The notes under the pieces: model-generated | The model's database searches: none | What the model saw: only the letters and a program-made list of their open reading frames with translations | Told to the model about the DNA's origin: nothing | Made by a program: the position numbers and the translations under genes | Part shown: piece by piece, positions 1 through 9,260 of the stretch | How the letters are laid out: each line of letters opens with the position of its first letter | Numbering within the stretch: the stretch's first letter is position 1 | Assembly: GCA_963771465.1 (NCBI GenBank) | Contig: CAVYTU010000013.1 | Coordinates: 224,001-288,000 of the forward strand | Source: an uncultured delta proteobacterium | GTDB lineage: Bacteria; Desulfobacterota; Binatia; UBA9968 | Reading direction: 5' to 3' | DNA: 64,000 nucleotides

Positions 1-108
1 TCATCGTCAGCGCAGTCGGTCCAATCAGCGCCACCGCCTTGAAACATTTTGACCGCGGATTTTACGCAAAAAGAAAACGATTATCTTATTTATTAAGGAG
101 ATCTGAGT

Positions 109-471
109 ATGGGAAATCTTGCCGCAAACGACCACTCGAGAACTTGGTTGCAGGTTTTCAACAATAGCAAGGTTAATGGCGCGCCTTATCGCGGTGACAA
201 TTTGCCTGCGCATAGTTGGGATTGGCCAACCGACACTTACTTGCAACGCCGCTTGCTCCAGTTGCGGGCGCATGGGGGCGGCGAAACGAAGACCGGTACT
301 TCTGCCGAGGCGGAAAAACAGCAGGACCAACATATGTTCAGCCCGACGCGTATGCTCGATCCGCAGCTCGAAAGAAGCGATACGCTTGTAGCCTACCCGA
401 AAAAACGTCGGAAGCTTCGGGGGATTTCGCCCGCGGTTGGAGCGACGAAGCAACGCCGCCGATCCTCCTGA
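109..471 (+). CDS. hypothetical protein
   Basis: 120-aa ORF with AGGAG 8 nt before the ATG; no recognisable motif. Confidence 0.35.
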   Translation: MGNLAANDHSRTWLQVFNNSKVNGAPYRGDNLPAHSWDWPTDTYLQRRLLQLRAHGGGETKTGTSAEAEKQQDQHMFSPTRMLDPQLERSDTLVAYPKKRRKLRGISPAVGATKQRRRSS

Positions 472-584
472 TGCTGGTGCCGGCTGCGGAGTCCTTCTAG
501 CTAGCAGTGATTTTTATCGCCGCCACCAACATCGGAAGAGACTCTATCGCCTAGCTAGCAGAGCGTGTGCTCGCGTTACATGCG

Positions 585-1724
585 ATGAAACTGGACCGAC
601 ATTTTTCGCCGCCGGTGTCGTCGACCAGCCGGAACCGCACGCGACATTTGTGGGAAATCACTGCGGTGCGCGATCTGGCGCTGATCTTAGTGCCGGTATC
701 GTTGCTCGTGTCGGTCTACCTTTTATGGGATATTTTCCTGCCGGTTTTTCTTGGTCTTTTGATGGCGCATTTTTGCAATCCGGCGATCACGCATCTCGAG
801 CGACGATGGCGCTGGCCGCGCACGCTTACGATTTCGCTCATTTTATTCATCGGATTGGGCCTGCTTGCAGTGCTTCTGATTTGGCTCGTTCCGCTGCTGT
901 ATGAGCAAATCGTCGGGTTGGTAACCAACTTGCCCAAATATTTGCGCGCGTTGGCGCAACGGTTGCAGATCGATGGGGGCGCGCTCGGCGAACAGGTCGA
1001 GGCGGTGTTGGCGCAGGCCCAAGGCGATCCCCGGCAAATATTGGCCCAGGTTTTTCGCAGTACAGGTCAAGCCATCGGCTGGCTTGCAGCGCTGGTCGGT
1101 GTGGTCAGCAATCTGACTTTGGCGTTGATCCTGATCCCAATCTATTTCTTCGTCTTCGCGTGGTATTTCAATCATGGTTTGGCCCGGCTTGAAGCTTATT
1201 TGCCCACCCGCCGCAAAGCGCAAATCTTGCAGGTGTTTGGAGAGATGGATCGCGCAGTCAGCGATTTTTTTCGCGGTCGGCTGGTAATTGCCGTGATCGT
1301 TGGCGCGCTGTTTTCCGCCGGCTGGTACGCCGCCGCCGTGCCTTATTGGTTCGCCCTCGGCATGATCACGGGTTTTTTAAATATCATCCCTTACCTGTCG
1401 GTGATTAGCTGGCCGCTGGCGGTGCTACTCAAGTATGTCAGTGGCTTGGATGCGGGCGCGAGTGGCGGACTGATCGATGCAGTGCTGTGGCCGAGCGCAG
1501 TTTATGTCGTCGTGCAGCTCCTCGAAGGTTGGGTTCTGACCCCGTGGATTCAGAGCGGCCAAACCAACCTTAGCGGCGTCACCATTATCATTGTTGTGTT
1601 CGTCGGCGCTTCCCTGGCCGGCGTCTGGGGCATGCTCTTTGCGATTCCCGTGGCTGCGTGTATCAAAATCGTTTTCGTTGCAACGCTTTTGCCGCAGCTC
1701 AAGCGCTGGGCCGCAGAGCATTGA
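585..1724 (+). CDS. AI-2E (PerM) family transporter
   Basis: Multiple TM segments, 'LNIIPY' and C-terminal 'GVWGMLFAIP' motifs typical of AI-2E; ATG at 585 preferred over GTG at 567. Confidence 0.9.
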   Translation: MKLDRHFSPPVSSTSRNRTRHLWEITAVRDLALILVPVSLLVSVYLLWDIFLPVFLGLLMAHFCNPAITHLERRWRWPRTLTISLILFIGLGLLAVLLIWLVPLLYEQIVGLVTNLPKYLRALAQRLQIDGGALGEQVEAVLAQAQGDPRQILAQVFRSTGQAIGWLAALVGVVSNLTLALILIPIYFFVFAWYFNHGLARLEAYLPTRRKAQILQVFGEMDRAVSDFFRGRLVIAVIVGALFSAGWYAAAVPYWFALGMITGFLNIIPYLSVISWPLAVLLKYVSGLDAGASGGLIDAVLWPSAVYVVVQLLEGWVLTPWIQSGQTNLSGVTIIIVVFVGASLAGVWGMLFAIPVAACIKIVFVATLLPQLKRWAAEH

Positions 1725-1767
1725 GGATCGTTGTTAACCCGTTTGAACCCGTGGAAAGGAGACCGTC

Positions 1768-2124
1768 GTGAACTTAGAAATACGACCGGGACTGTTTCAC
1801 CCCGACATGCTTGCCGCCCATGAGGTCGCCGTAAACTCACAAGCCGCCGAGCAGCCCGAGCAGCGTTTGATGATGGCGGTCCTGGGCGAGGCGCTTTTCT
1901 GTTTCCAAAAGTATCATCTGGCGCCGGACCGGGATGGGAAAAAAATTTTCGCCGAGGCGCAAGACTGGCTGCTCGACGAAAACGAGCAGTGGCCTTTCTC
2001 GTTCAATAACATTTGCGCCGGTTTGGGCATTAGCCCGTCGTATCTGCGCCGTCAGTTGCAGCGTTGGAAGGCGAGCCAACTGTGCCGCGCTGAAGCCGGC
2101 ATGAAACTTCGCCACAGCGCTTAA
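1768..2124 (+). CDS. hypothetical protein of a lineage-expanded family (EQRLMMAVL...WPFSFNNIC..LG..P.YLR)
   Basis: AGGAG RBS upstream of GTG; clear paralogue at 9968-10366. Confidence 0.75.
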   Translation: MNLEIRPGLFHPDMLAAHEVAVNSQAAEQPEQRLMMAVLGEALFCFQKYHLAPDRDGKKIFAEAQDWLLDENEQWPFSFNNICAGLGISPSYLRRQLQRWKASQLCRAEAGMKLRHSA

Positions 2125-2225
2125 GCAGCTAGTTAAACGTTCAGAGATTGACGCTGCGCGAACAGAGCGGCGCAGCGAAAATTGATCGCTGTTTCAATCT
2201 TGTTACGACAAAGAGGTAAATAATA

Positions 2226-2411
2226 ATGATCCATGCGATCCGTGATTTAATGGCCGGCGCCGATCCAACCATGCTGATCGGCTTGATTTGTTCTTCTTGC
2301 GGACTCGGTTTTACTTGCGAAAAGGAGCTGCGCGACCATCAGTTGGTTTGCCGCAGTAGCGGCGAGTTTCTTAGCCAGTTCAATATTGAGAGCGAGCAGC
2401 GTGACAACTAA
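2226..2411 (+). CDS. small single C2HC zinc-finger protein
   Basis: AGAGG RBS; contains C-SS-C-GLG-F-TCEKE-L-RD-H-QLV-C, the classical finger spacing. Confidence 0.65.
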   Translation: MIHAIRDLMAGADPTMLIGLICSSCGLGFTCEKELRDHQLVCRSSGEFLSQFNIESEQRDN

Positions 2412-2466
2412 TAATTAGTTTAATTACATATTCTTCGGAATTCGTCCATCCCGCTGTCCTGTCGTG

Positions 2467-2484
2467 GGGCGCGTAAAAGCGCCC
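2467..2484. terminator. short GC hairpin GGGCGC-GTAAAA-GCGCCC
   Basis: Perfect 6-bp stem downstream of the zinc-finger gene; weak U tract. Confidence 0.3.
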
Positions 2485-2698
2485 TCGGATTTCTAAAACG
2501 TAATTTTTATCCTTCATAGCGCGTAGGGCTTTTTGCGCTATTGGTCAGGTCAACTCCCCACCTGCCGACAACCGCTTTGAGACCCCGTTTCGCGCGTAAG
2601 ATATTTGAATTAAAAGACTTCATCCCCGACGGGTCTGTCGACTTTTTCAAACCGGAATTATGTTGTAGCCAAGGGCCCGACAGTCGAACGGTATACTT

Positions 2699-2714
2699 TG
2701 GCATGTCTGTTGCT
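2699..2714 (+). promoter_or_regulatory. sigma54 -24/-12 promoter
   Basis: TGGCAT-GTCTG-TTGCT, about 47 nt upstream of ATG 2761. Confidence 0.75.
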
Positions 2715-2760
2715 CCAACTAATGCCGATGCAGGAATCGCCGGCTCAAAACAAAAAAAAT

Positions 2761-3501
2761 ATGAGTGAAAAGAGAAACATCCGGATTGCCGCGGTCGGTG
2801 ATTTACACTGCACCAAAACTTCCCAGGGAAAGCTGCACGCGTTATTCCAGCAGATTTCCGAGAATGCAGACATTCTGCTTTTATGCGGCGATTTGGTTGA
2901 CTATGGTCAGCACGACGAAGCGGTGGTGTTGGCTAAGGAATTAGCGCCGATCAAAATTCCCATGCTGGGCGTGTTGGGAAATCATGAGTATGAGTCCAAC
3001 CAGCAACTCGACGTCCTCCGTATTTTAGGTGACGCGGGGGTGACGATTCTCGACGGCGATGCCGTTGAAATTCTCGGCATCGGCTTTGTCGGAGCCAAGG
3101 GGTTCGGTGGCGGCTTTGGCGAACAGGCGTTGCAGCCTTGGGGTGAGGAAGCGGTCAAGAATTTTGTTCACGAGGCGGTCAACGAAACCCTGAAGCTCGA
3201 ATCCGCATTGGCAAAGTTGCGCACCGAACAACGGATTGCGCTGCTCCATTACTCGCCGATACGGGCTACGGTGGTCGGCGAGCCGCTGGAGATCTATGCC
3301 TTTCTAGGTTCGAGCCGGCTCGAAGAGCCGCTCAACCGATACCCGGTGAACGCGATATTTCACGGCCATGCCCATCGTGGCTCGCCGGAAGGACGCACGC
3401 AAAATAATGTGCCGGTCTACAACGTCGCCATGAAGCTTTTGGCGAAAACATTTCCAGACCAACCACCTTACAAAATTCTCGAACTGCCGGCCGTGTCTTA
3501 G
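2761..3501 (+). CDS. calcineurin-like metallophosphoesterase (Icc-related)
   Basis: Motifs GDLH, GDLVD, GNHE and GHAH. Confidence 0.92.
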   Translation: MSEKRNIRIAAVGDLHCTKTSQGKLHALFQQISENADILLLCGDLVDYGQHDEAVVLAKELAPIKIPMLGVLGNHEYESNQQLDVLRILGDAGVTILDGDAVEILGIGFVGAKGFGGGFGEQALQPWGEEAVKNFVHEAVNETLKLESALAKLRTEQRIALLHYSPIRATVVGEPLEIYAFLGSSRLEEPLNRYPVNAIFHGHAHRGSPEGRTQNNVPVYNVAMKLLAKTFPDQPPYKILELPAVS

Positions 3502-3516
3502 GCCGCGGATTTGCCT

Positions 3517-4305
3517 ATGGAATGCTTAACCGATCAAAAAAAAACCAACGACTTTTATTGTCGCGTGCTCCATACGCTCAACGCGGCCAAGGTGCCCTTT
3601 CTAGTCGGCGGCGCCTGCATGCTGGAAAGGATCACCGGAATCGTGCGGCCGACCAAGGACTTCGATCTCCATGTGCGTCCGCAAGAGATCGCGGGAATCT
3701 TTGCCACCCTGGACGCGGCAGGATACCAGACCGAGATGACATTCTCACACTGGCTCGGCAAAGTCTTCCAGCGTACCCATTACATCGATATAATTTTCAG
3801 CTCGGGAAACGGCATATGCCGAGTCGATGACGAATGGTTTGACCATGCCATCGCCGGTGAAATCTTCGGCGTGCCCGTGCGGTTCTGCGCGCCCGAGGAG
3901 GCGATCTGGTCCAAAGCTTTCATTTTGGAGCGCGAGCGCTACGATGGTGCCGACATCGCCCATCTCATTTTAGCTGCGGCGCCACAGATGGATTGGCGAC
4001 GGCTGCTGCACCGATTCGGCGAACATTGGCGGGTGCTGTTAAGCCATCTCGTGCTGTTCGGATTTATCTATCCGGGGCGAACTCATCTGGTGCCCGCCTG
4101 GGTGCTCAACGAGCTTTGGCAGCGCCAGTGTCGCGAGTCCGAAAATTCGGCCGATGATCTATGCCGGGGAACACTGCTATCGCGTACCCAGTATCTCTAT
4201 GACATAGAAAATTGGGGTTATCGCGACGCGCGCCTGCATCCACCGGCGAGTATGAGCCCCGAGGACGTCGAGCGCTGGACCCAGAAAGCGATGCATCAGG
4301 AATAA
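3517..4305 (+). CDS. nucleotidyltransferase family protein (pol-beta superfamily)
   Basis: 'LVGG...RPTKDFDL' GG + DxD motif; directly follows the phosphoesterase. Confidence 0.85.
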   Translation: MECLTDQKKTNDFYCRVLHTLNAAKVPFLVGGACMLERITGIVRPTKDFDLHVRPQEIAGIFATLDAAGYQTEMTFSHWLGKVFQRTHYIDIIFSSGNGICRVDDEWFDHAIAGEIFGVPVRFCAPEEAIWSKAFILERERYDGADIAHLILAAAPQMDWRRLLHRFGEHWRVLLSHLVLFGFIYPGRTHLVPAWVLNELWQRQCRESENSADDLCRGTLLSRTQYLYDIENWGYRDARLHPPASMSPEDVERWTQKAMHQE

Positions 4306-4453
4306 CGCCCTGGGGGCCGCGGCCGTTTAGTATTCAAGGTCAATATTCGATTGACTCGTTTCATCGGGCTCCATTTAAATTTTTCAGCTGAATAATCAGA
4401 TCGAACGCATCTCCAGCCTTGAACCACCGTCCGCATAAATGTAGAAGCGGCCA

Positions 4454-7273
4454 ATGAAACGATTGCTCGGCTATGAGTACCTGCGCCAACGCTTCGACAC
4501 CCTATCGCTGCGCGCGCACCTGTTTGCGCTGGTGGTGCTGTCGGTGCTGCCGTTTCTGGTGTTTGCGTTCCTGGTGCTAAATCTTTTCGCGAGCCGAGAA
4601 AAAGCGTCGCTGGCTACCGGCTTGCGCGAAACGACCCGGGCGCTGTCCTCCGCTTTGGATCGCGAGTTCGAAGCGACCAAAACGGCCCTCGAGGCGGTGG
4701 GGACTCTGGAGGACTTCGATAGCGGCGACCTCGCCCCAGTCTATCGTAAACTGCGGCGCGTCTTGGAGAGCCGTCCCAATTGGCGAACCATTGTGCTTCA
4801 CGACCCGTCTGGGCGCCCGGTTTTGGATGTGCTCAATCGATTCGGTGAACCGCTGTCCGAGGCCGACATCGACCAGGAAAGTTTCCGGGCGACCCTAACC
4901 CGTAAGCAGCCCATGCCGATCAATTTTCATCGCGATCCGGCTGCCGGCCCGATGGTTGGATATCGTGTGCCGGTGCTGCGCGCCGGTGAATTGCGCTACG
5001 TGCTCTCGGCGGAGATTGCCCCGGCGGTGTTCGGTGAAATTCTCTCCCGCCAGAAATTGCCGCCCCAGGCCTTGGCTACAATTGTCGATGGACGCAATAT
5101 TATCGTCGCCGTTAGCGCGCGCCCGCAACTGGTCGGTCAAATCGCGGGACCTCTGGTACGCCGCGCTGCGCCGGGTGAGCTCGATGGCTGGTTCGAAGGG
5201 CTTGACCGAGAAGGGGTCGAATCCTTCGCGGCATTTAGCCGTTCACCGACCAATGGCTGGGCGGTGTCGCTGACGATTCCCGCCGCACAACTCGAGGCGC
5301 CGCTAAGGCGTTCACTGTGGGCATTGGTAGGCGCGGGGGTGATCTTTCTGGTCGTCGGTATCTTGCTGGCGGTGATCGTCGAAGCGCGCATCACCGAACC
5401 GCTCGATCAATTGACGCGCCAAACCGGTGCCCTCGGTCGGGGCGAGGCGGTGGTCATGAGCGGCCATTCTCGGGTGACCGAAGTGGAGAACCTCAGGCGC
5501 GATATCGGTCGCACGGCCGGGTTGCTTGAGCAGCGCGGCCAGGAGCGCGACAGCGCGGCAGTGGCGCTGCGCGATTTGAACGATCGCTTGGAGCTGCGCA
5601 TCCTGGAGCGTACCGAAGAGTTAGAAGACACCAACAGCGCACTCAGGAAAGAAATCCGCGAGCGCCAACTGGCCGAAGCCGCGCTGCGCACGGAGCATGT
5701 ATTTTTAAATCTACTGCGAAGCACCGAGCTGGTTATCCATGAGGCGGCGAGTATAGAGGGCGCCTTGAACGCAGCCCTCGAGCAAATCTGCCGCCATCTG
5801 AGATCGCCGGTTGGCTACTGTTTGATACCGGCTGCGGCCAAGCAGGACCGAGGCACTTTTCTCTGGTATGTCGAGCCAGACCGGGAGCGCTTCGCCGCCC
5901 TGCAATTTGCCCTTGAGTGCGCCGGTGCCGACGGTAACGACCTGGCCTCGCTGGCGTTGTCGAGCCGCAAACTAAACTGCTTCAACGACTTGGCTGCGCA
6001 ACCTGAGCAGTGGGCGCACGCGGCGAGCGATGCGGGTCTGGTATCGGCCTGTGTTTTTGCCGTGATCTGTGGCGGTGAGCCGACCGCCGCCCTGGCGTTT
6101 TTTTTCGAGCGCGCCATCGAATTAGATCAACGGCTCTCGACGCTATTAGCGCAGCTGGCGATGCAACTGGGCCGGGCCGTCGAGCGTCAGCAGGCCGATG
6201 AGGCACTGCGACTGAGCGAAGAGCGCTTTCGTTCGGCCTTTGACGAAGGACCCATCGGCATCGGCATGGTCGATCTCGAAATGCGCTATTTGCGCGTCAA
6301 CGAAGCGCTCTGCGGCATGCTCGGGTTGCCGAGCGAAGAGTTGTTGGGGCAAAAGTTTTTCGCCAGCGTCCATCCCAGGGATGTGAGTGATATTCGGCGC
6401 CAGGCCGAACGATTGTTGCGCGGTGAGACGACTGGCTATCGCCACGAAACCCGGCTGATCGGCTCTAACGGCGAAATCCTTTGGTGCTGCATCACCGCCA
6501 CTCTGATCGCCACACGCGACCCCACGCCCAATTATGCCCTCTACCTGATCGAAAATATCACCGAGCGTAAACGCATGGAGGAAAAATTGCGCGAAAGCGA
6601 ACGGCTCGCAGCGGTCGGCGCCACCTCGGCCATGTTCGCCCATGAAGTGGGAAATCCACTCAACGGCATTTCCACCACCGTGCAGATGATCGAGCGCGAT
6701 CTGTCGCGCGCGCAAAACGGGATTAACCCCCTGGTGTTCTCGGCCCTGGGCGATATCAAGAGTGAGATTACCCGTTTGGGCGCGCTACTCCATGAATTTC
6801 GCTACCTAGCACGGCCGCAACGATTGGAACAACATCCGGTCCGCCTGGAGAATTTAATTAAGTCTGTGTTAGTGCCGAATGCCTATAGCGAAAAGGGGGT
6901 GGAGCTCAAAATCGCGATTCCCGCCGATCTGCCGGCCATCAGCGTTGACGAAGAGAAGCTCAAGCAAGTGGTGACCAATCTTGCCGACAATGCTGTCGAC
7001 GCCATGCCCGAGGGCGGCACGCTGACAGTGCGCGCTTACCGTAGCCGGGATGAACTTTGCCTCGAGCTTGCGGATACCGGTATCGGCATCGCGCCGGGCG
7101 TGAATATTTTCGAGCTCTTTACCACGACCAAGTCCCACGGTACGGGGCTCGGCCTAGCCGTGGTCCGCCAAATCGTATCCGCCCATGGCGGCCGGGTCGA
7201 TTATCGCAGCGTGCCCGGCACCGGTACGACCTTTACCGTGACGCTGCCGCTCAATGAAGAAATTTCAAATTAA
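4454..7273 (+). CDS. membrane sensor histidine kinase (Cache-HAMP-GAF-PAS-HisKA-HATPase), NtrB-like
   Basis: Two TMs, PAS 'VNEALCGMLG', H-box AHEVGNPL, N-box NAVDAM, G boxes DTGIGI and GTGLGL. Confidence 0.95.
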   Translation: MKRLLGYEYLRQRFDTLSLRAHLFALVVLSVLPFLVFAFLVLNLFASREKASLATGLRETTRALSSALDREFEATKTALEAVGTLEDFDSGDLAPVYRKLRRVLESRPNWRTIVLHDPSGRPVLDVLNRFGEPLSEADIDQESFRATLTRKQPMPINFHRDPAAGPMVGYRVPVLRAGELRYVLSAEIAPAVFGEILSRQKLPPQALATIVDGRNIIVAVSARPQLVGQIAGPLVRRAAPGELDGWFEGLDREGVESFAAFSRSPTNGWAVSLTIPAAQLEAPLRRSLWALVGAGVIFLVVGILLAVIVEARITEPLDQLTRQTGALGRGEAVVMSGHSRVTEVENLRRDIGRTAGLLEQRGQERDSAAVALRDLNDRLELRILERTEELEDTNSALRKEIRERQLAEAALRTEHVFLNLLRSTELVIHEAASIEGALNAALEQICRHLRSPVGYCLIPAAAKQDRGTFLWYVEPDRERFAALQFALECAGADGNDLASLALSSRKLNCFNDLAAQPEQWAHAASDAGLVSACVFAVICGGEPTAALAFFFERAIELDQRLSTLLAQLAMQLGRAVERQQADEALRLSEERFRSAFDEGPIGIGMVDLEMRYLRVNEALCGMLGLPSEELLGQKFFASVHPRDVSDIRRQAERLLRGETTGYRHETRLIGSNGEILWCCITATLIATRDPTPNYALYLIENITERKRMEEKLRESERLAAVGATSAMFAHEVGNPLNGISTTVQMIERDLSRAQNGINPLVFSALGDIKSEITRLGALLHEFRYLARPQRLEQHPVRLENLIKSVLVPNAYSEKGVELKIAIPADLPAISVDEEKLKQVVTNLADNAVDAMPEGGTLTVRAYRSRDELCLELADTGIGIAPGVNIFELFTTTKSHGTGLGLAVVRQIVSAHGGRVDYRSVPGTGTTFTVTLPLNEEISN

Positions 7274-7316
7274 ACATTCAGACCGATAAATTCGCCGGCT
7301 CTGGGGGCGCGATGTT

Positions 7317-7436
7317 TTAATTTTTACCTTTAAAGTTTTGATTTTTCTTATCGATCATCACCCGCCGCCCGCGCATGGAGCCGCCGCTGCTTCGTGGCCG
7401 CCTCTTTTTCTTAGATTGCTGGCGTTTCTTGCGCAT
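7317..7436 (-). CDS. possible very basic 39-aa peptide MRKKRQQSKKKRRPRSSGG...
   Basis: Translated by hand; GAAGGTG upstream; co-oriented behind the zinc-finger gene. Confidence 0.25.
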   Translation of the reverse strand: MRKKRQQSKKKRRPRSSGGSMRGRRVMIDKKNQNFKGKN

Positions 7437-7495
7437 GGGTCACCTTCGCTTGCAGCTCTGCCGCGTGTGGTAAATCGCTGTCGGTGCCATTACAA

Positions 7496-7642
7496 CTAGA
7501 CTCTCGGCTGGACTTTATCACCCTGGCAAGTTTCTTCATGCTTGCGCAGGTCCGCTTCAGTTTCAAACACCGCGCCGCAGAAATCACACTCGAATTTGGA
7601 AATTTCACCAGGCTCCGGGGGGTTGGATCGATCGGTATTCAT
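7496..7642 (-). CDS. 48-aa single C2HC zinc-finger microprotein (not in ORF track)
   Basis: GGAGGTG RBS; MNTDRSNPPEPGEISKFECDFCGAVFETEADLRKHEETCQGDKVQPRV matches F-x-C-x2-C-x3-F-x5-L-x2-H-x3-C. Confidence 0.8.
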   Translation of the reverse strand: MNTDRSNPPEPGEISKFECDFCGAVFETEADLRKHEETCQGDKVQPRV

Positions 7643-7712
7643 CTTATCTCACCTCCGCGCTTCGTTTAGCGGCAAGGGTTGTAACTTGGCATTGCCCGCT
7701 TAAATCTTCCAT

Positions 7713-7874
7713 CTAGGTCCGGTCAGACGACCGCCCTTCGGAACGCTTTGCCAGCTCCGAGAACCGACCGTTCGGTGTTTTGAGAAGCATCGCTCGCAAC
7801 GGCGATGCGAACGTCGTTGTTGCCGTCACTAACCCAATAATCAGTAGCGCACCGAGAACGATCTGCCGGCGCAT
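7713..7874 (-). CDS. 53-aa putative secreted peptide
   Basis: GGGAGG RBS and sigma54 motif upstream; signal-peptide-like N-terminus MRRQIVLGALLIIGLVTATTTFA. Confidence 0.55.
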   Translation of the reverse strand: MRRQIVLGALLIIGLVTATTTFASPLRAMLLKTPNGRFSELAKRSEGRSSDRT

Positions 7875-7904
7875 TCGCCACCCCTCCCGCACCTTCAACT
7901 TTTG

Positions 7905-7920
7905 GGCAAAGTTTGTGCCG
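7905..7920 (-). promoter_or_regulatory. sigma54 -24/-12 promoter
   Basis: Minus strand reads CGGCAC-AAACT-TTGCC. Confidence 0.65.
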
Positions 7921-7949
7921 TCGATTTCTGAGTTAAGCAGCTGTGAATA

Positions 7950-7967
7950 TGTGCCGATTCCGGCACA
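7950..7967. promoter_or_regulatory. palindrome TGTGCCG-ATTC-CGGCACA, candidate regulator site
   Basis: Perfect 7-bp arms between divergent sigma54 promoters. Confidence 0.4.
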
Positions 7968-8102
7968 CAACCGGCTCGCCGGGTCGCAAAGTTGGGACAG
8001 CTCTCGCGTTTATTTTTTCGCTTGACCTGATTTTAGTTCTTCTTATTCAAGGAGAAAGTCCTACTGCGCGCTTAGGAGCAGCATCGGAACTGTGACAGGC
8101 AC

Positions 8103-8118
8103 TGGCTTCGGTTTTGCG
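8103..8118 (+). promoter_or_regulatory. sigma54 -24/-12 promoter
   Basis: TGGCTT-CGGTT-TTGCG upstream of ATG 8158. Confidence 0.55.
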
Positions 8119-8157
8119 TTAAAACCGGACAAATTTTCTTATTTATCAGGAGTGGTC

Positions 8158-9168
8158 ATGACTGAGAAAAACAGCCGCTGGGGTATTGTGCTCGCGGGGG
8201 GTGAAGGAAATCGGGTGCGGGACTTTCTCTCGGCACTGTGCGGCGGGCGAGGCATCAAACAATATTGCTCGGTCTTAGGCAGGCGCTCTTTGCTGCAAAT
8301 GACCGTGGATCGCGTCCAGCAGCTGATTCCACGTGAGCGCATTCTTATCATTGTCGACAAACGCCACCGGCCGGAAGCAACCGCGCAGCTCGCCGGCTGG
8401 CCGGAGGAGAACATCATCTATCAACCCGCTAATCGCGAGACCGCCCCCGGCATCCTGCTGCCGCTGGCACACGTGAGCCATCGCTGCCCGGACGCGACGG
8501 TGGCGGTTTTTCCGTCCGACCATTTTATCGCCAACGAGCGCGGCTTTATGACCCATGTGGCGAAGGCTTTCGAGGAAACCGAAGTGTTTCCGCAAAGTGC
8601 GATTTTGCTGGGTATGACGCCGGATCGCGTTGAAGATGGCTATGGCTGGATTAGCAGCCGGGAAGAGCGCGCCGGTAAAGCCAGCCGAGCGGTGCGCGGC
8701 TTTTGGGAAAAACCTGCACTGCCCCATGCTGAAGAGTTGATGCAGCAGGGCGCTCTGTGGAACACTTTTGTGTTTGCCGCTCGCGCGTCAGCAATGTGGG
8801 AGATGACGCGCCAAACCGTGCCGAATCTTTACGGACTATTCACCGGCGTGCGAGCGATGCTGGGTACGACGCATGCGCAGAAATATATCGACCAAACCTA
8901 TGAGCGCCTGTGCGCGGTCAACTTCAGCTCGGCGATTCTCGCCCGCTGCGCGGCTCGCCTTCGAGTCCTACCGGTGCCGGACATTGGCTGGAGCGACTGG
9001 GGTAGCGCCGACAGAATCCTCGACTCGGCGATGCGCATGGGACGTGTGGGCGAGCTAGCCGCTCGTCTGGAGAATCAATACGTCGACGACCCGTCGATCA
9101 TAAATCTGCTGTCGCGTTACCAATCGTCTTCGAAGCAGGTGGCCTACGAAAATTCGGCTATAGCATAA
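8158..9168 (+). CDS. sugar-phosphate nucleotidyltransferase (mannose-1-phosphate guanylyltransferase-like)
   Basis: LAGGEG, KQY, NRETAPG, FPSDH, EKP and GWSDWG motifs; AGGAG RBS before 8158. Confidence 0.88.
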   Translation: MTEKNSRWGIVLAGGEGNRVRDFLSALCGGRGIKQYCSVLGRRSLLQMTVDRVQQLIPRERILIIVDKRHRPEATAQLAGWPEENIIYQPANRETAPGILLPLAHVSHRCPDATVAVFPSDHFIANERGFMTHVAKAFEETEVFPQSAILLGMTPDRVEDGYGWISSREERAGKASRAVRGFWEKPALPHAEELMQQGALWNTFVFAARASAMWEMTRQTVPNLYGLFTGVRAMLGTTHAQKYIDQTYERLCAVNFSSAILARCAARLRVLPVPDIGWSDWGSADRILDSAMRMGRVGELAARLENQYVDDPSIINLLSRYQSSSKQVAYENSAIA

Positions 9169-9260
9169 CTACGTGGCGGCGAGATTAACCCGCCGCCAAG
9201 TGTCTCTTGATCCCTCAAGAGACCGAGCGAAATACAATATAAAGCTTACAGCCGGAAACT

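Noticed and set aside
7411-7608. 65-aa minus-strand ORF in the track
   Set aside because: Out-of-frame overlap with the zinc-finger ORF 7496-7642, which has the RBS and motif
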